Positions 10,866-19,389 of a stretch of 44,015 nucleotides of DNA are shown here, in pieces; positions within the stretch are counted from its first letter, which is position 1, and every line of letters starts with the position of its first letter. Made by a program: the position numbers and the translations under genes. Under the pieces are notes generated by a model, which was given only the letters and a program-made list of their open reading frames with translations, did not search any database and had not been told where the DNA came from. This DNA is from Escherichia phage vB_VIPECOTPH05B. The DNA lies in sequence record PQ429080.1; one strand, written 5' to 3'.

Positions 10866-10882
10866 TTAATATTCCTCTTAAG

Positions 10883-11470
10883 TTACCAGGTGTGAACTGA
10901 GCTGTTACCCTTACTCCCCCATAAGTCATAGGAGGCTGCTGTGCTCTGCGTAGCCGACGCACCACTACCAGGAGATGAGTCGCCAGAGTCAGAAGATGAC
11001 GCAGCGTTACCAGCGTATTTCCCAACAGCGGATGCCCCGACACTCAACAACGAGTTAAACATGTTATCGTACGGGTCCTCCATATCCATGTTAGCCAGGC
11101 CGCTGTCCACGGCCTTGTCCGTCATTAGACGGAAACCCTCTTCCTGAGTTGCCTGCTGGTCACGCACGCTGGCCTCTTGCCGCCCGGCTACAGTGTTCAC
11201 CGTGGCTACGGCGTCTTTAACAGAGGCTCCCATAGTGCCGGAAGCTGCTGCCTGCAGTCCTACTTGGCTCTGTGCCTGCAGCTTCTGCTGCTGGATGTTA
11301 AACAGGGAAACCTCAGTCCGGTCCCTGGACTGGGCGCGCTGTAGAGCGATGTCGTTTAGCTGTTTGGCTGTCTGTTGAATCACAGCCTTGTTCCTGGCCT
11401 TGGACACTTCAATCTGAGCACCCTGCCCCAGAACGGTCTTAGCGGCCATGGCCGCAACCATCCACCACAT
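10883..11470 (-). CDS. Internal virion protein (gp13/gp14-like)
   Basis: 195 aa, hydrophobic N-terminus, Q/A-rich; located between tail tubular protein B and the large internal virion proteins. Confidence 0.5.
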   Translation of the reverse strand: MWWMVAAMAAKTVLGQGAQIEVSKARNKAVIQQTAKQLNDIALQRAQSRDRTEVSLFNIQQQKLQAQSQVGLQAAASGTMGASVKDAVATVNTVAGRQEASVRDQQATQEEGFRLMTDKAVDSGLANMDMEDPYDNMFNSLLSVGASAVGKYAGNAASSSDSGDSSPGSGASATQSTAASYDLWGSKGNSSVHTW

Positions 11471-11471
11471 A

Positions 11472-13832
11472 TTAGATTCTCCGTCTGCGTTGGTTGTAGC
11501 GCAAGATATACGAGATATCCAGCACGTTCAGTTCCATAGAGCCCTCAGTAAACAGTGTAACCTCGGTCGTGTCTGCATTAGTACGGCACGGTACTGTAAT
11601 AGTTGCCAAGTCCATAAGCAGCGCCTGCCCAAGAGTCAGCTCTTTGGAGTTCATTAGGATTCCGGTTAGTTCCCCGTCCCAGCTTACATCGCGCGGCGTA
11701 TCTAGAACTTGCACGTCGAAGTGCCCAGAGTTACGCACAGCAACATCCAGGCGCAGTAGACGCACGTGCCCGCTACCCACTAGCTTATCATTCTGGTCAC
11801 GCAGGATAGGCGTAGTGAGGGTGAACGTGCTCTTGTAGCGCCTACCCAGTACGTAGGTACCATCTGGCACACCCCGGACGACACTCAAGGTGTTCTCCCC
11901 GGCAATCTCCTCGATGCCTACCTCAGTAGGTCCCATTGCATCACTAGAGAGATATGTAAGGATAAGGTCGTCCTTGTAACTATCAACCCAATCAGTCGGA
12001 CGCAATACCTCCGGAACCTCGAATACGCCGTCCTGCACTTGCACTTGCTTCTGCAAATCCGAGTAGGCTTCGCGGTATTCTGAGCCCAGCTGATAACCTT
12101 CACGCGGGTCCATAGACACAATCAGGAGCTTGTTGCTGGGACTGGGCCCTTGCATGTACAAGAACACCTCGTCCTCCAGCGCCTGTACGCTCAGGATTGG
12201 ATACGGGAACGACCACTTATGCCACGCCGCCTGCATCTTAGAGCCGTCACTTCCGCCCCACATGAACTCGTAGACCAGCAGGCTATTACGCTCTCCAGAC
12301 ATGCGCGAGAAGGCCATATTGGTGACACTGGAGTTTTGCATCTGCAATACCCTGCCCGGGATATACCGAGGTAGGTGCACCGTGGCATCCTGCGTAGTGT
12401 ACTGCGCCGCGGTGTAAGGTGATGGGATTAGCTCCAGTATACCAGCGTAGCTGTCGTTGCGCTTGTTCGGGTAGATTACTGTCTGACCAGCCATTACCGG
12501 GATAACGCGGCTGTCACAATCGTAGGTGCTGGTAATACTAATACTTGCGTTAGTTGGCGTGAGTACTGCCGAACCCGGCACAACCGCCTGCATGCTGTTA
12601 GCAAACAGGACCAAGTCCCGGTTGAACTGCACAGCGGTGCGGTACACAGAGTCCTGTGCAGACGCAGAGCTAATGCTGATACGGTCCGTATCCAGCAGTG
12701 ATGTCACAGTAGAGCGGTAGAAGCGCTGATACAGGCCCGAGGCGGACATATCCACGGAGCTACCACTAAGCAGAACCAGGCGCCCCTGGAAAGCTGCGAT
12801 TCCTGTGATGTAACCATTCTCGACGAATCCTGGATTGCTGTTGTTATCGTCGTTACCCGCTAAGCGCCCCTCCCAATCCCTCGCGATGATGTTGTCATCC
12901 GCGGCGAGCTCTCTGGGCATGTTCGTAATCTTAGTGATGCTGCCGTACGCCCCCACCTCAGACCAGGTGCGGGTGCTGTAGCTGAACTGGTACCATGCTG
13001 TCTCAGATGAGGCGGTACCTACACGGCACATTGCCCCGTCAGCTTGCGCCGGGAGCTGTGCAGGAAGGTCCTGCTCCTGGTCTACACGAGACTGGTTGGA
13101 TACCACGGCATAAGTATCTCCAGCGTCAGAGGACACCACGCAGTTGCTCAACCCGTAGAAGAACAAGTATGCTCCGCGTACGCTCACGTTCCCAGAAGGC
13201 AGCCCATTCTCTACAAGAGAGTCACGCAGTTGCTGAGCAACGTAAGCACCTGATACCTCCTCAGCATTACCGCTTGTGCTACCAGCAGCTGGGGCGGTGT
13301 AGTCTCCTGAGTAGTCTACCCCTGCCGAGGTAACGGTGACGTTCCAGCGTTTCTGGAATGCTGCGGATTTAACGTAGAAGAACCCCGTGGTGCTGGGGTC
13401 GATGCGCCCAGTGTTGTCCACGGTCGTGCTTGGGGCCATCTCCGTATTCAGGATATAAGTCAGTCCGGCAATACTTGCCGTCTGCAAAGACGTCTGACCC
13501 ACGGTGGTAATAAAGTATGAGTCATTGCCAGAGTTAAGGATGGTCTTGCCATTCTTAGACAGCAACCACCAGTTACCGTTGCTGGTGTTAATCAGCAGGT
13601 GCCTACCATCAGTCCCACGCTCTACGTATTCAGTGAACAGGGAATCAAGCCCAGGGTTATCGATTGTGCTTTCCCATACAATCTCACCCGGCGGTCTACG
13701 GCGGATACCGGAAACCGGGTCGCTGAGCATATTCAGCTGCGCCCCCAGTTGCCCGGGCTGGCGCTCTCTTGGAACCTGCTGGGAGACGCCCTGCAGCAGG
13801 CTCTGAATGGTACCATCTAGGGACTGGGCCAT
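11472..13832 (-). CDS. Tail tubular protein B (T7 gp12-like)
   Basis: 786 aa (T7 gp12 is of similar size), directly downstream of tail tubular protein A in conserved order. Confidence 0.8.
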   Translation of the reverse strand: MAQSLDGTIQSLLQGVSQQVPRERQPGQLGAQLNMLSDPVSGIRRRPPGEIVWESTIDNPGLDSLFTEYVERGTDGRHLLINTSNGNWWLLSKNGKTILNSGNDSYFITTVGQTSLQTASIAGLTYILNTEMAPSTTVDNTGRIDPSTTGFFYVKSAAFQKRWNVTVTSAGVDYSGDYTAPAAGSTSGNAEEVSGAYVAQQLRDSLVENGLPSGNVSVRGAYLFFYGLSNCVVSSDAGDTYAVVSNQSRVDQEQDLPAQLPAQADGAMCRVGTASSETAWYQFSYSTRTWSEVGAYGSITKITNMPRELAADDNIIARDWEGRLAGNDDNNSNPGFVENGYITGIAAFQGRLVLLSGSSVDMSASGLYQRFYRSTVTSLLDTDRISISSASAQDSVYRTAVQFNRDLVLFANSMQAVVPGSAVLTPTNASISITSTYDCDSRVIPVMAGQTVIYPNKRNDSYAGILELIPSPYTAAQYTTQDATVHLPRYIPGRVLQMQNSSVTNMAFSRMSGERNSLLVYEFMWGGSDGSKMQAAWHKWSFPYPILSVQALEDEVFLYMQGPSPSNKLLIVSMDPREGYQLGSEYREAYSDLQKQVQVQDGVFEVPEVLRPTDWVDSYKDDLILTYLSSDAMGPTEVGIEEIAGENTLSVVRGVPDGTYVLGRRYKSTFTLTTPILRDQNDKLVGSGHVRLLRLDVAVRNSGHFDVQVLDTPRDVSWDGELTGILMNSKELTLGQALLMDLATITVPCRTNADTTEVTLFTEGSMELNVLDISYILRYNQRRRRI

Positions 13833-13841
13833 ATACCCTCC

Positions 13842-14402
13842 TTAAACCATAAAACGAGCACGGCGGATTCTGCGTGCAAAGCGGGTCTTGCTGGTGCTGA
13901 ACTTCTGATTGCGCAGATGCTCGCGCAGCACCATGCTCTTGTAACGTTCAGCTTCCTGTGCGTAATTAGCGTAGTTGCTGTCGCCGCCCAGGTCGTTGAG
14001 GTACACCTGTGCAGTGGTGTAGTGAGCCACCCACATAGCGGCGTGCTCCGGCAGGTCCCCAAAGGCCAAGTCAAGGACTATCTTGAGCTTAACTGGGCTA
14101 TCGAAGTATTGGTTCTGCTCTACCAGGTCGTATAGGTTCCCGTCACGTACCCCGTACTTGGATTCTGAGCAGGCGTCATATACAGCCAGCTGGTTCCACG
14201 GTACCTTAATCAGGCCGTCGGTGGTGGGCGTAACTTCACGCTCGACCACGTTAAACCAGAACCCTGTGCTGAGCAGCCCACGACGATTGCGTGCAAGCGC
14301 AGAGCGAGCTAACCCTGCACTGGGGTTACTGGTGTTGATGTCCATAACGCGAGACTCCCCAAGGGCTTCCAGCGTCAGGTTCACAGCGTCTAATTCTCTC
14401 AT
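13842..14402 (-). CDS. Tail tubular protein A (T7 gp11-like)
   Basis: 186 aa (T7 gp11 is of similar size); follows the capsid gene and terminator, precedes tail tube B. Confidence 0.7.
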   Translation of the reverse strand: MRELDAVNLTLEALGESRVMDINTSNPSAGLARSALARNRRGLLSTGFWFNVVEREVTPTTDGLIKVPWNQLAVYDACSESKYGVRDGNLYDLVEQNQYFDSPVKLKIVLDLAFGDLPEHAAMWVAHYTTAQVYLNDLGGDSNYANYAQEAERYKSMVLREHLRNQKFSTSKTRFARRIRRARFMV

Positions 14403-14447
14403 ATTTGTTCCTCTATTAAAGACCCCTTGGACCTTTAAGACAGGGAC

Positions 14448-14482
14448 AAAAAAAAGCCCCTGGCACCCGAAGGCACCAGGGG
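14448..14482 (-). terminator. Rho-independent terminator downstream of the capsid gene
   Basis: On the minus-strand transcript: 11-bp stem (CCCCTGGTGCC / GGTGCCAGGGG, two G-U pairs) closed by a UUCG tetraloop and followed by eight U. The stem is poorer on the plus strand, so it is oriented with the genes. Confidence 0.7.
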
Positions 14483-14488
14483 CGCGTA

Positions 14489-14671
14489 TTACTCTTCCGT
14501 AGTGTCGGCGGCTACGTCAGCCGCCTTGCGGGTTTTCTTGGTAACCTTGCGGCCAGACTCGACCGAGGCCACCTGGATGTTCTTAGCTACATCGGTGGCG
14601 GCCTTAACCGCCTCCCGCTGAGCCGCATTGGCCTGGAGAGTCTCCAGACCGAACATAGCGATTACTGCCAT
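14489..14671 (-). CDS. Small hypothetical protein downstream of capsid (60 aa)
   Basis: ATG start with GGAGG 6 nt upstream; sits between the capsid stop and the terminator. Confidence 0.45.
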   Translation of the reverse strand: MAVIAMFGLETLQANAAQREAVKAATDVAKNIQVASVESGRKVTKKTRKAADVAADTTEE

Positions 14672-14682
14672 TGAACCTCCAA

Positions 14683-15702
14683 TTAGGACTTGGTGGTGAA
14701 GGTGAACTTGGTCACTGCAGCGGTGTCCGGACGACGCAGACCGATGTTGTACATCGCGTAGCAGTCCAGCACGTTGCTGAACTCACGCTCATCGTCCCAG
14801 ATACGGGAGGTGAACGGCTTAGCTTCAACAGTCACCAGAGTCTTGGACTTGCTGAAAGTCACCATACGGCACAGCGCGTCGTCAGCGGTGACGGTGTAAG
14901 CAGAGCCCAGAGGGTGTGTACCAGCCGAGGTCGGGAACTCGGTGCACTCTACTACAGGCACGCCGTTCATCTTCACTACACGACGGTCTTTGTAACCGTC
15001 GTTGTTGGACGCACCGAAGTCCAGGTTAAGGAGCTTCGGATGCTCCAGCAGACGCGAATAGGTATCGACATCCACCAGGGTAATCATGTCCGCCAGCGGG
15101 GTCTTGCGCTTGATGAGTTCATCAATACCAGCCTTGTGGGCCAGGTTGATGTTCATGGCGTTAGCCTCCATCTCAGCCTGGGTCAGCTGAGTGGCGGTAG
15201 TGGTACCCGGAACCAGGATAGCTGCACCTACCTCGATACCGTCGTTGAACGCAGGTTTCAGGTGCGCCGGTGCAACCCAGGAGCGGCCCTTGATGAGCTG
15301 AATCAGGTGCGCCTGGTCGAAGGTCTCTGCGAACTCGGAGCCGTTGTTCTGACCCATCTCGGTCAGGAAGTCCGGACCGGTCCAGTCATCCTGGTAATCA
15401 ATCGGGTTACGGATATACAGCACCGTATCCACCACGATAATCATCTTATCGTTACGGACCGGGGTGCTATCCAGCGCCTCACCGGAGCGACGACCCTTCA
15501 CCGAAGAGGTGTTCAGGCGGTCAATACGGTAGGTGTTGGAACCGCTGATAGAGCGCTGGCTGGAGAGGCCCAGGAATAGAGCCTGGTACTGGAAGCGGGT
15601 ATCCACTTCGTTCTGGTACACTTCCAGGTGAATATCTACGTCAGACGCCGCGCCGCCCCAGTGGGCTCTTGTCAGATTACCTTTATAGATAGTGTCGGCC
15701 AT
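14683..15702 (-). CDS. Major capsid protein (T7 gp10-like)
   Basis: 339 aa; size, composition and position (after scaffold, before terminator) match T7-group major capsid proteins; AAGGAA 8 nt upstream of ATG. Confidence 0.88.
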   Translation of the reverse strand: MADTIYKGNLTRAHWGGAASDVDIHLEVYQNEVDTRFQYQALFLGLSSQRSISGSNTYRIDRLNTSSVKGRRSGEALDSTPVRNDKMIIVVDTVLYIRNPIDYQDDWTGPDFLTEMGQNNGSEFAETFDQAHLIQLIKGRSWVAPAHLKPAFNDGIEVGAAILVPGTTTATQLTQAEMEANAMNINLAHKAGIDELIKRKTPLADMITLVDVDTYSRLLEHPKLLNLDFGASNNDGYKDRRVVKMNGVPVVECTEFPTSAGTHPLGSAYTVTADDALCRMVTFSKSKTLVTVEAKPFTSRIWDDEREFSNVLDCYAMYNIGLRRPDTAAVTKFTFTTKS

Positions 15703-15714
15703 ATTTTACTTTCC

Positions 15715-16191
15715 TTATTTAAGTACATTAGCAGATGCATAGGTGTGCATCTTCGCTTTAGCTTTTAGATAGGCATCCCGCGCTGCTTGTTTGCAGTCAA
15801 AATGCCCGAGGTGTGTTGTCTTACCGCCTAGCTTTATGTAGGCCCGCCACTTGTTAGCGCGGGAATCCCAACAATAACCTTTCCACACAGAGTTCTGAGC
15901 ATTGCCTGATTTATCAACTAGGCGCAGGTTCTCGATTCGATTGTCTGCTTTATCCAGATTAATGTGGTCCACCATCATTCCCTCGGGTATATCCCCATGG
16001 TGCATGAACCAAATAAGCCGGTGCGCATATTCTCGTACCCGACCCAGTGCCCCACGGTCCCAGGTCACGCGGCGATATCCCCAGTTATTCTGGTAGGTAT
16101 CCCCTAAGCGTCCAGTAGCCTTGTTAATCAAGCGCCCATCTTCTGTGTAGGTATAGCGATTGGCTAGTTCTTGCAAGAGATTAATCTCCAT
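15715..16191 (-). CDS. HNH homing endonuclease with C-terminal AP2-like DNA-binding domain
   Basis: 158 aa; HNH motif (HRLIWFMHHGDIPEG ... DHINLDKADNRIENLRLV ... NAQN) and AP2-like C-terminus (WRAYIKLGGKTTHLGHFDCKQAARDAY); inserted between scaffold and capsid genes. Confidence 0.8.
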   Translation of the reverse strand: MEINLLQELANRYTYTEDGRLINKATGRLGDTYQNNWGYRRVTWDRGALGRVREYAHRLIWFMHHGDIPEGMMVDHINLDKADNRIENLRLVDKSGNAQNSVWKGYCWDSRANKWRAYIKLGGKTTHLGHFDCKQAARDAYLKAKAKMHTYASANVLK

Positions 16192-16203
16192 TATTGGTAA
16201 GTA

Positions 16204-17046
16204 TTAAAGACCTACGCGCTTACCAGCCTCACGGCGTGCGAGCAAATCATTATAACGTTGACTGAACTGCGGAGATGCCAAGCTACGGTTGCCCGCTTCC
16301 TGACGGAGTTTGGTATATTCTGCGCGGAATTCCGCAGCAGACAGAGCATTGTTGCTGGCCACGCCTCGTACCATTGGGTTCTGTGTCTTGATAAGACCCA
16401 TATCCCGGCAGAAGCTTGCTACCAGCTCGGCGGCCTGCTTGAGCTCACCCGAGTTAGCGAGTACACGAGCTGCATTACGCAGAGGTTCAGGGGCCTTGGA
16501 ATTAAACAGCTGCGCTGCTACCCCCCAGTTCTCCTTGCCGCCCACGATATCGTAAGCTTCCTGCACTGCTTTGGTGGCTTGACCAACCTGGTCCTCCAGG
16601 TACGCCTTAGCCAACAGCTCTGCATAAGCAGCGTGCTCGCCGAAACGTTCCTTAATGAAGGCCGTATCGATTAGGTTAGGGTCCTGATACTCCAGGGCCT
16701 TACCAAGTGCCCGCACCATATCAGAGTCAGTTAACCCAGAGACTCTCTGCAACATAGCTACACCGGCGTCAATCGTCGGGTTGCCTGTCTTAGCCAGCTC
16801 CTGAGGCTGCTCTTTAGCGCTATCGCCACCCTTATCCAGGGCCGCTTTTAGGGCTTCGATATCCAGAGGAATCTTAGCAGGGTCAGGGGAATCTTTGCCC
16901 TGTTGCTGCTGGGTAGTGGTCTGTGCATCCTGCACGCCTTGATTGTTCGGGGCGCTAAGGGGAGCACCTAGGCCCGGAATCTTAGGGCCGCCTTGGTTCT
17001 CTACCTGTGTAGTTTCTACGTTTTGACCGTTTTCTACGTTATCCAT
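16204..17046 (-). CDS. Scaffolding protein (T7 gp9-like)
   Basis: 280 aa, acidic, Q/A-rich, low complexity; between portal and capsid. Confidence 0.65.
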   Translation of the reverse strand: MDNVENGQNVETTQVENQGGPKIPGLGAPLSAPNNQGVQDAQTTTQQQQGKDSPDPAKIPLDIEALKAALDKGGDSAKEQPQELAKTGNPTIDAGVAMLQRVSGLTDSDMVRALGKALEYQDPNLIDTAFIKERFGEHAAYAELLAKAYLEDQVGQATKAVQEAYDIVGGKENWGVAAQLFNSKAPEPLRNAARVLANSGELKQAAELVASFCRDMGLIKTQNPMVRGVASNNALSAAEFRAEYTKLRQEAGNRSLASPQFSQRYNDLLARREAGKRVGL

Positions 17047-17060
17047 CTATGCCTCTGTTG

Positions 17061-18656
17061 TTAACTTGGTAATAAGCCCAGCTGCTTACCTGCTACTGTC
17101 GGGTCTGCTGCTGTCAAGCCCTGGAGTTGGTCCTGTGTTGCACCTGCGGATACATCGGCAGACGCATCTTGAACCTGTTGCTTCTTCTGCAGCTGCTCTT
17201 CGGTGTACATGAACGGCTCGCTGACGATACCATAGGCGTCGAAGTACCAGTCTACACACGCATCCTTGTTGAAGCGCGGAGTAATCTGCTCAAGCACCGG
17301 GATAGCCAGCTGCATGGACTGTGCCGCCTCTAACAGCTTGTCAGCTGCCGCGGCTTTAGCCAGTGCAGAAGTACCCACCGTAACGTTGATGCTCACTACA
17401 CCTTCGCTGAGGTACAGCTTAAAGCGAGGATACACAAGTGCAGTGTACAGGTACGCCAGCTTACGCAGCCAGGTGTCGCTTAGGATACTGAACCCGCCAC
17501 CCATAGCAGCTTCCGCCTCTTTGGCATTCTGGCGAATCTCGTAAGCCGTGACACGCTCGCCTTGCCGGGAGTTACCAGTGTACATAAACGCACGAGACAG
17601 TTTCTGTTCGAGCATCTGAATGTTGCTGGCAATCCACTGAATCTTCTGGGCAGAGCCACCCTCGTAAGCAGTGACGGGGGATTTGCTGTTCCCGTTGGAA
17701 CCACCACCACCCACCTGCACAGCCTCACCTGTCTCCGACGTTGAGAACTCGTCCACGTCTAACCCAGAGCTTGCGTCAATCAGTGGGATTAACCTCGCAG
17801 ACTCAACCTCGTAGTTAGTCAACGCTTCCGACAGTACCGATAATCGGGCGAAGTCCCCGGCGTAGTCCTCTACCAAGCCGCGCCCGTAGTGTTCACCGCT
17901 AACAAGGTTCCACACCAGCACGTTGTAGGGAAGCTCCAGCTCCGGGTAGGTGCTGCTGGCCCCAATGCGGTGTCCATCTGCTTCTTGGTACACCTCGTAG
18001 CTTACTACCTCTACGCCTTCCTCTGTCCGCTTAACCTTGCGACAAGCGGCAGTGTAGATATCAACGTCGCCGTATGGGTCTTTGTCACGGTAGAAGGTGC
18101 CGCGGAAATCTTCTGGCAGGTCCTGGACGCTTGCGCGCTCTCTGATAATGAGTCGCAGGACGTTACCGCTGCCATCCCTTCGAACGGTAAAGTTACGGAC
18201 TGAGTAGACGATGGATTTACCTGTCCGCTCATCAATATACTCCAACGCGTTACCTGTAACCAGCAGCAGCTTCACAGCTTGCAACTTCGCAGCATAACCG
18301 TCTTTCTCAAATACTTTCTGTGACGCCGTGTTCTCGACCTCGGCCAGCTTAGATTCTGCTGTAGCTGCACTGCCAAGCGAACTAATGAACTCGTCCAGGT
18401 CCGAACTCTTGGAGAACCGGAAGAAGCTAGTGCCTTGCGGGAACAGCGCGCCTACAATCTTAGTGGCTGCAGTGTTGACCAACTGTGCGCCGGTGCTCTG
18501 GTAATCACGCTCCAGGGGCCTGCGTCTACCGTCCAGGGAATCGTCCCGGGTAAAGATAGTGCTGAGCGTCCACTGCGCGAACTTCTCAGAGGCATCCAAG
18601 ACACCTGCGTCCTGGTCCTTCTTAAAGAGTTCTGCTAATGTTGCTTTTTGTTCCAA
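17061..18656 (-). CDS. Portal (head-tail connector) protein (T7 gp8-like)
   Basis: 531 aa; first large gene of the structural module; apparent TTG start preceded by AAGGGGG 4 nt upstream. Confidence 0.85.
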   Translation of the reverse strand: MEQKATLAELFKKDQDAGVLDASEKFAQWTLSTIFTRDDSLDGRRRPLERDYQSTGAQLVNTAATKIVGALFPQGTSFFRFSKSSDLDEFISSLGSAATAESKLAEVENTASQKVFEKDGYAAKLQAVKLLLVTGNALEYIDERTGKSIVYSVRNFTVRRDGSGNVLRLIIRERASVQDLPEDFRGTFYRDKDPYGDVDIYTAACRKVKRTEEGVEVVSYEVYQEADGHRIGASSTYPELELPYNVLVWNLVSGEHYGRGLVEDYAGDFARLSVLSEALTNYEVESARLIPLIDASSGLDVDEFSTSETGEAVQVGGGGSNGNSKSPVTAYEGGSAQKIQWIASNIQMLEQKLSRAFMYTGNSRQGERVTAYEIRQNAKEAEAAMGGGFSILSDTWLRKLAYLYTALVYPRFKLYLSEGVVSINVTVGTSALAKAAAADKLLEAAQSMQLAIPVLEQITPRFNKDACVDWYFDAYGIVSEPFMYTEEQLQKKQQVQDASADVSAGATQDQLQGLTAADPTVAGKQLGLLPS

Positions 18657-18665
18657 GCTACCCCC

Positions 18666-18929
18666 TTACAGGCCCAGAGGATTGCTCTGCCCTGCTTGTC
18701 GCCGTTTCTTCTGCTCAGATGTAATTGCATCTGCAGATGCAGAGGCAGCCCCTGCTGGGTCAATCTCAGCGATGTTATCTGCGGCGCTATTAGCCTCTAA
18801 GGCAGCCTGTTGTTTCTGTGCAGCTGCAGCTTGTTCTGCTTGCCGCTGCTGTTGTTCTAATCCTGCGTTGTCCGTAAGGCCGAGCATATCCGTGGCCTTG
18901 CCTAACAGTTTACCTAAACCACCACTCAT
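18666..18929 (-). CDS. Hypothetical small protein (87 aa), Q/A-rich
   Basis: ATG start overlaps the stop of the upstream gene (ATGA); position just before the portal is where T7-like phages carry small virion-associated proteins. Confidence 0.4.
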   Translation of the reverse strand: MSGGLGKLLGKATDMLGLTDNAGLEQQQRQAEQAAAAQKQQAALEANSAADNIAEIDPAGAASASADAITSEQKKRRQAGQSNPLGL

Positions 18930-19366
18930 TCTGACCTCACTAAATGATAAGTTGTATTGTATGTGTTATCCGATGCACCTCGGCTAATGGCGATACGCCC
19001 AGCCCGCATACTCTTAGCTATTGCGCGAAGGCCCTGCATAATCACAAGTACCGCCTTACTGTTACCCGGCTTCAATACGAAGAAGTCTGTATACAGCACA
19101 GGCTCTACGTAATGACAGTCCTCTACAGCTTCTGGGTAGTAGCTGACAGCACCGACTAAGTCGCCTTGGGAGTCATAGACTCCTAGTATATACTGTTTAC
19201 CCAGTATGCTGCCCAGTACTCTCCAGTAGTGCTGCTCTGGAGCTAGGCCCCGACTAATGCCGTGGCCCAGTTCGTGCAGTTGCCTCACTGCGTCTGTAAT
19301 GTCGTTAGACTTATACAGAATCTTGAGAGTGTAATCGGAAGTTTTACTAGTGTGTTTTAACTTCAT
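18926..19366 (-). CDS. Hypothetical protein (146 aa), first gene after RNAP
   Basis: ATG with GGAGTAGGA immediately upstream; that upstream sequence is part of a repeated element (see findings). Confidence 0.45.
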   Translation of the reverse strand: MKLKHTSKTSDYTLKILYKSNDITDAVRQLHELGHGISRGLAPEQHYWRVLGSILGKQYILGVYDSQGDLVGAVSYYPEAVEDCHYVEPVLYTDFFVLKPGNSKAVLVIMQGLRAIAKSMRAGRIAISRGASDNTYNTTYHLVRSE

Positions 19367-19388
19367 TCCTACTCCGGTAACTTCATTT
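19367..19388 (-). promoter_or_regulatory. Conserved element AAATGAAGTTACCGGAGTAGGA, copy 2 (candidate phage-RNAP promoter)
   Basis: Between the RNAP stop and the first late-side gene; 21 of 22 nt identical to the copy at 41059..41080. Confidence 0.35.
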
Positions 19389-19389
19389 A

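Noticed and set aside
14671-15579. 302-aa plus-strand ORF
   Set aside because: Lies entirely antisense to the major capsid gene; the minus-strand product has clear capsid character and the plus-strand translation is low-complexity. Treated as a GC-driven antisense artefact.
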